Source: Candidatus Zixiibacteriota bacterium
Lineage (GTDB): Bacteria; RBG-13-66-14; B26-G2; WVWN01
Assembly: GCA_050117845.1 (NCBI GenBank)
Contig: JASFLY010000008.1
Span: 32,001-96,000 of the forward strand
Direction of reading: 5' to 3'
DNA: 64,000 nt
Shown: piece by piece, positions 60,873 through 64,000 of the stretch
Numbering within the stretch: the stretch's first letter is position 1
How the letters are laid out: every line of letters begins with the position of its first letter
Position numbers and translations under genes: made by a program
The notes under the pieces: generated by a model
Told to the model about the DNA's origin: nothing
Seen by the model: the letters and a program-made list of their open reading frames with translations, nothing else
The model's database searches: none

Positions 60873-63800
60873 TTGACGTTAAAAAGGATATCGTTTTCCG
60901 AAAAGGTCGAACCGATAGAGATCCCCAATCTATTGGAGATCCAGAAGAAGTCGTACGAGGATTTCCTGCAGCACGTAACCCTTCCCACCAAGCGGGAATC
61001 GCAGGGCCTGCAGTACATCTTCGATAATACGTTCCCCATTTACGACTTCAACGGCGACTCGTACCTCGAGTTCGTCGAGTACAACGTCGGTTATACCAAG
61101 TACAACATAGAAGAATGCAAGGTCAAGGGCATGACCTACGGCGTGCCCTTGCGGGCGAAGTTCCGCTTCGTCGTGCGCGAGCGCGAAGCGCCCGAGAAGG
61201 AACCCCAGGTCGTCGACATCCGGGAGGAAGAGCTTTACCTCGGCGAAATCCCGATGATGACGGAACGCGGTTCTTTCATCATCAACGGCGCCGAACGCGT
61301 CATCGTGTCCCAGTTGCACCGCTCGCCGGGCCTCGTCTTCAAACAAACCGAGCATTCCAGCGGCAAAATCCTCTATGGCGCGTCAATCATCCCGCATCGC
61401 GGCGCCTGGCTCGAGGTCGGTTTCGACGCTGGCGGCGTATTGAACTTCTCCATCGACCGCACCAACCGCCAGCCCCGCATCCCGGTTACCGTGCTCCTGC
61501 GCGCCTTCGGTTACGGCGACGCCGGCGAAATCGCCCGTCTCTTCTTCGACGTGGAGGAAGTCAACGTCTCGCGCCGCACGGGCCTTCTGGGCAACTACCT
61601 GGCGTCGGACGTCAAGACCGGCGAGGACACCACGCTCTTCAAGCGCTTCACGCTCATCGACGAGAACGTCCTCGACCTCTTGCGGGACAACCGCGTCAAA
61701 TCCGTCGACGTCCTGACTCCCCGCAACGGCCTGGAAGTGGGGGCCCTCGTGCCCACCTTCCGCAAGGACGACGAAGGCCGGATCAAAACCCAGGCCGACG
61801 CGCTCATTAAAATCTACAACGAAATCAGGCCGGGCGACCTGTCCAACCTCGAGACGGCCGAGGCCGCTTTCGAGAACCTCTTCGCCAACGCCAAGCGCTA
61901 CGACCTGAGCCGCGTGGGCCGGCGCAAACTCAATTTGCGCCTGAGCCTCGATTTCGACCTAAACGACCGGACGCTCCACGCCGAGGACATTGTCGAGACC
62001 GTACGCGAACTCTCGGCCCTGCACGCCCGGGAAGGCGACGTCGACGACGTCGACCACCTGGGGAATCGCCGCGTCCGGGCGGTGGGCGAACTCCTGGAGT
62101 ACCGCTTCCAGGTGGGCCTGACGCGGATGGAACGGGTCATCCGCGAGCGTATGAGCATCCTCGACCTCGAGGACTGCATGCCGCGCGACCTCGTGAACGC
62201 GAAGCCGCTCATGAGCGCGGTCAAGGAGTTCTTCGGCTCGAGCCAGCTCAGCCAGTTCCTGGACCAGATTAACCCGTTGGCCGAACTCACGCACAAGCGG
62301 CGCCTTTCGGCCCTCGGCCCCGGCGGCCTCTCGCGCGAGCGCGCGAACTTCGAGGTCCGCGACGTCCACTACACGCATTACGGCCGGATGTGCCCCATCG
62401 AGACGCCGGAGGGGCCGAACATCGGCCTCATAACGAGCCTGGCCACCTACTCGCGCATTAACGAGTTCGGCTTCATCGAGACACCGTACCTCCGCGTCAA
62501 GAAAGGCCGCGTCACCGACGAGGTCGTCTACCTCGACGCCGGCGAAGAGGACGCCTACACCATCGCCCAGGCCAACGCCGAAGTGGACGCCAAAGGTCGG
62601 TTTACTTCCGAATACGTGTATTCCCATCGGCGCAGCGAGTACATCCTGGTGGAACCGGATCGGGTCGACTTCATTGACATCTCGCCGCGGCAGCTGGTCT
62701 CCATTTCCACGTCGCTTATACCGTTCCTCGAGCACGACGACGCGAACCGGGCGCTAATGGGCTCGAACATGCAGCGTCAAGCGGTCCCCCTCCTTCAGAC
62801 CGAGGCCGCCTACGTCGCGACCGGAATCGAGGACCGCGTGGCCCGGGACTCGGGCGTCATCGTCACCGCCCGGGCGGGGGGGACGGTCGAGAAGGTCACG
62901 GCCGACCGGATAGTCATCCGCCCCGACACCGCCGAGGACGACGCCGCTTACGGCTGGTTCGAACCCGACGAATACGTACTCAAGAAGCACGAACGCACCA
63001 ACCAGGACACCTGCTTTAATCAGGTACCGATAATCCGCAAGGGCGACAAAGTAAAGGCGGGACAGGTCATCGCGGACGGCCCGGCCACCAAGAACGGCGA
63101 ACTGGCCCTGGGCCGGAACATCATTGTCGCCTTCATGCCGTGGATGGGCTACAACTTCGAGGACGCCATCGTCGTGAGTAAGCGCCTCGTCGAGAGCGAC
63201 GCTTTCACGTCGGTGCACATCGAAGAATTCGAGATAGAGTGTCGGGAAACGAAGCTCGGCCGCGAGGAGATAACGCGGGACATCCCGAACGTCGGTTCGG
63301 ACGCGCTTAAAAACCTAGACGAGAGCGGCATCATCCGCGTCGGCGCGGACATCCACGCCGGCGATATAATGGTGGGAAAGGTCGCCCCCAAGGGCGAATC
63401 CGAACTCACGCCGGAGGAACGGCTCCTGCGGGCCATCTTCGCCGAGAAGGCGGGCGACGTGCGAGACGCGTCGCTCAAGGCCCCGCCGGGAATGAACGGC
63501 ATCGTCGTCGATGTCAAGGTCTTCTCGCGCAAAGAGCGCGAGCGGGCCGACGGCCGGGCCCGGGCGGACGAGGCGAAGCGCATCGACAAGCTCGAGGCCG
63601 AGAAGAAAAAGAAGATAGACGCCGCCCGCGACGTCTGCGAAAAACAGCTGACGAAGCTGATGCTGGGCAACGAGCTGAACTACCGGCTGGTCGACGACCT
63701 CACCGGCGAAGCGCTTCTGGCCAAGGGCGCCAAGATAACGCCCGCCGTCCTCCGGAAGAAACTGCTCGAGCCCGTCATCGAGCGGCGCGTGAAGATGCAC

Positions 63801-64000
63801 GCGGTGCTGGGCCGCAACGTGGACAAGGTCGTGGCTCGTTTCCACGACTACACCCACGAGGTGTCCAGCTTCATCGATAAAGAGATAGACCGCATCCGCA
63901 AGGGCGACGACCTGCCGCCGGGCGTACTCAAGATGGTCAAGGTTTACGTGGCCCGGAAACGCCGCCTCACCATCGGCGATAAGATGGCGGGCCGGCACGG
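60873..64000 (+). CDS. rpoB: RNA polymerase beta subunit, 3'-truncated by the window
   Basis: TTG start after AGGAG; IPNLLEIQ, FIINGAERVIVSQLHRSPG, HYGRMCPIETPEGPNIGL, GYNFEDAI, GDKMAGRHG at the window end. Confidence 0.98.
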   Translation, partial: MTLKRISFSEKVEPIEIPNLLEIQKKSYEDFLQHVTLPTKRESQGLQYIFDNTFPIYDFNGDSYLEFVEYNVGYTKYNIEECKVKGMTYGVPLRAKFRFVVREREAPEKEPQVVDIREEELYLGEIPMMTERGSFIINGAERVIVSQLHRSPGLVFKQTEHSSGKILYGASIIPHRGAWLEVGFDAGGVLNFSIDRTNRQPRIPVTVLLRAFGYGDAGEIARLFFDVEEVNVSRRTGLLGNYLASDVKTGEDTTLFKRFTLIDENVLDLLRDNRVKSVDVLTPRNGLEVGALVPTFRKDDEGRIKTQADALIKIYNEIRPGDLSNLETAEAAFENLFANAKRYDLSRVGRRKLNLRLSLDFDLNDRTLHAEDIVETVRELSALHAREGDVDDVDHLGNRRVRAVGELLEYRFQVGLTRMERVIRERMSILDLEDCMPRDLVNAKPLMSAVKEFFGSSQLSQFLDQINPLAELTHKRRLSALGPGGLSRERANFEVRDVHYTHYGRMCPIETPEGPNIGLITSLATYSRINEFGFIETPYLRVKKGRVTDEVVYLDAGEEDAYTIAQANAEVDAKGRFTSEYVYSHRRSEYILVEPDRVDFIDISPRQLVSISTSLIPFLEHDDANRALMGSNMQRQAVPLLQTEAAYVATGIEDRVARDSGVIVTARAGGTVEKVTADRIVIRPDTAEDDAAYGWFEPDEYVLKKHERTNQDTCFNQVPIIRKGDKVKAGQVIADGPATKNGELALGRNIIVAFMPWMGYNFEDAIVVSKRLVESDAFTSVHIEEFEIECRETKLGREEITRDIPNVGSDALKNLDESGIIRVGADIHAGDIMVGKVAPKGESELTPEERLLRAIFAEKAGDVRDASLKAPPGMNGIVVDVKVFSRKERERADGRARADEAKRIDKLEAEKKKKIDAARDVCEKQLTKLMLGNELNYRLVDDLTGEALLAKGAKITPAVLRKKLLEPVIERRVKMHAVLGRNVDKVVARFHDYTHEVSSFIDKEIDRIRKGDDLPPGVLKMVKVYVARKRRLTIGDKMAGRH

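Overview
High-GC bacterial chromosomal window, probably from a diderm, candidate-phylum-like lineage (an impression from signal peptides, lipoproteins and an LpoA-like gene; not established). Most of it is housekeeping: def, gyrB-recF-dnaN, trxA, purL/purQ, pta, ackA, metG, cysS, grpE-dnaJ, clpC, tRNA-Thr/Tyr/Gly, and tuf-rpmG-tRNA-Trp-secE-nusG-rplKAJL-rpoB. It also carries nonulosonic-acid genes, two GT-C glycosyltransferases (DPY19-like and DUF2723/TMEM260-like), a low-GC OLD-family nuclease, a RAYT transposase and dispersed REPs. Three signals stand out. (1) Eight predicted secreted proteins end in the same ~15-residue C-terminal tail (V-x-P-[STN]-S-[LIV]-G-[RK]-[VI]-[KR]-[AT]-[LM]-[FY]-x), a candidate sorting signal. 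(2) At 47.9-51.5 kb there are three tandem Omp28-like thioredoxin-fold paralogs; one has an in-frame TGA in place of the first CxxC cysteine with a SECIS-like hairpin, i.e. a probable selenoprotein that the ORF track truncated. (3) Both Cys-type paralogs carry a conserved leader with a UGA-interrupted uORF, a SECIS-like hairpin and mutually exclusive RBS-sequestering helices, which may be a selenium-sensing translational attenuator; two small anti-SD sRNA candidates sit in the same locus. All family calls are by-eye motif recognition; no searches or folding computations were run.
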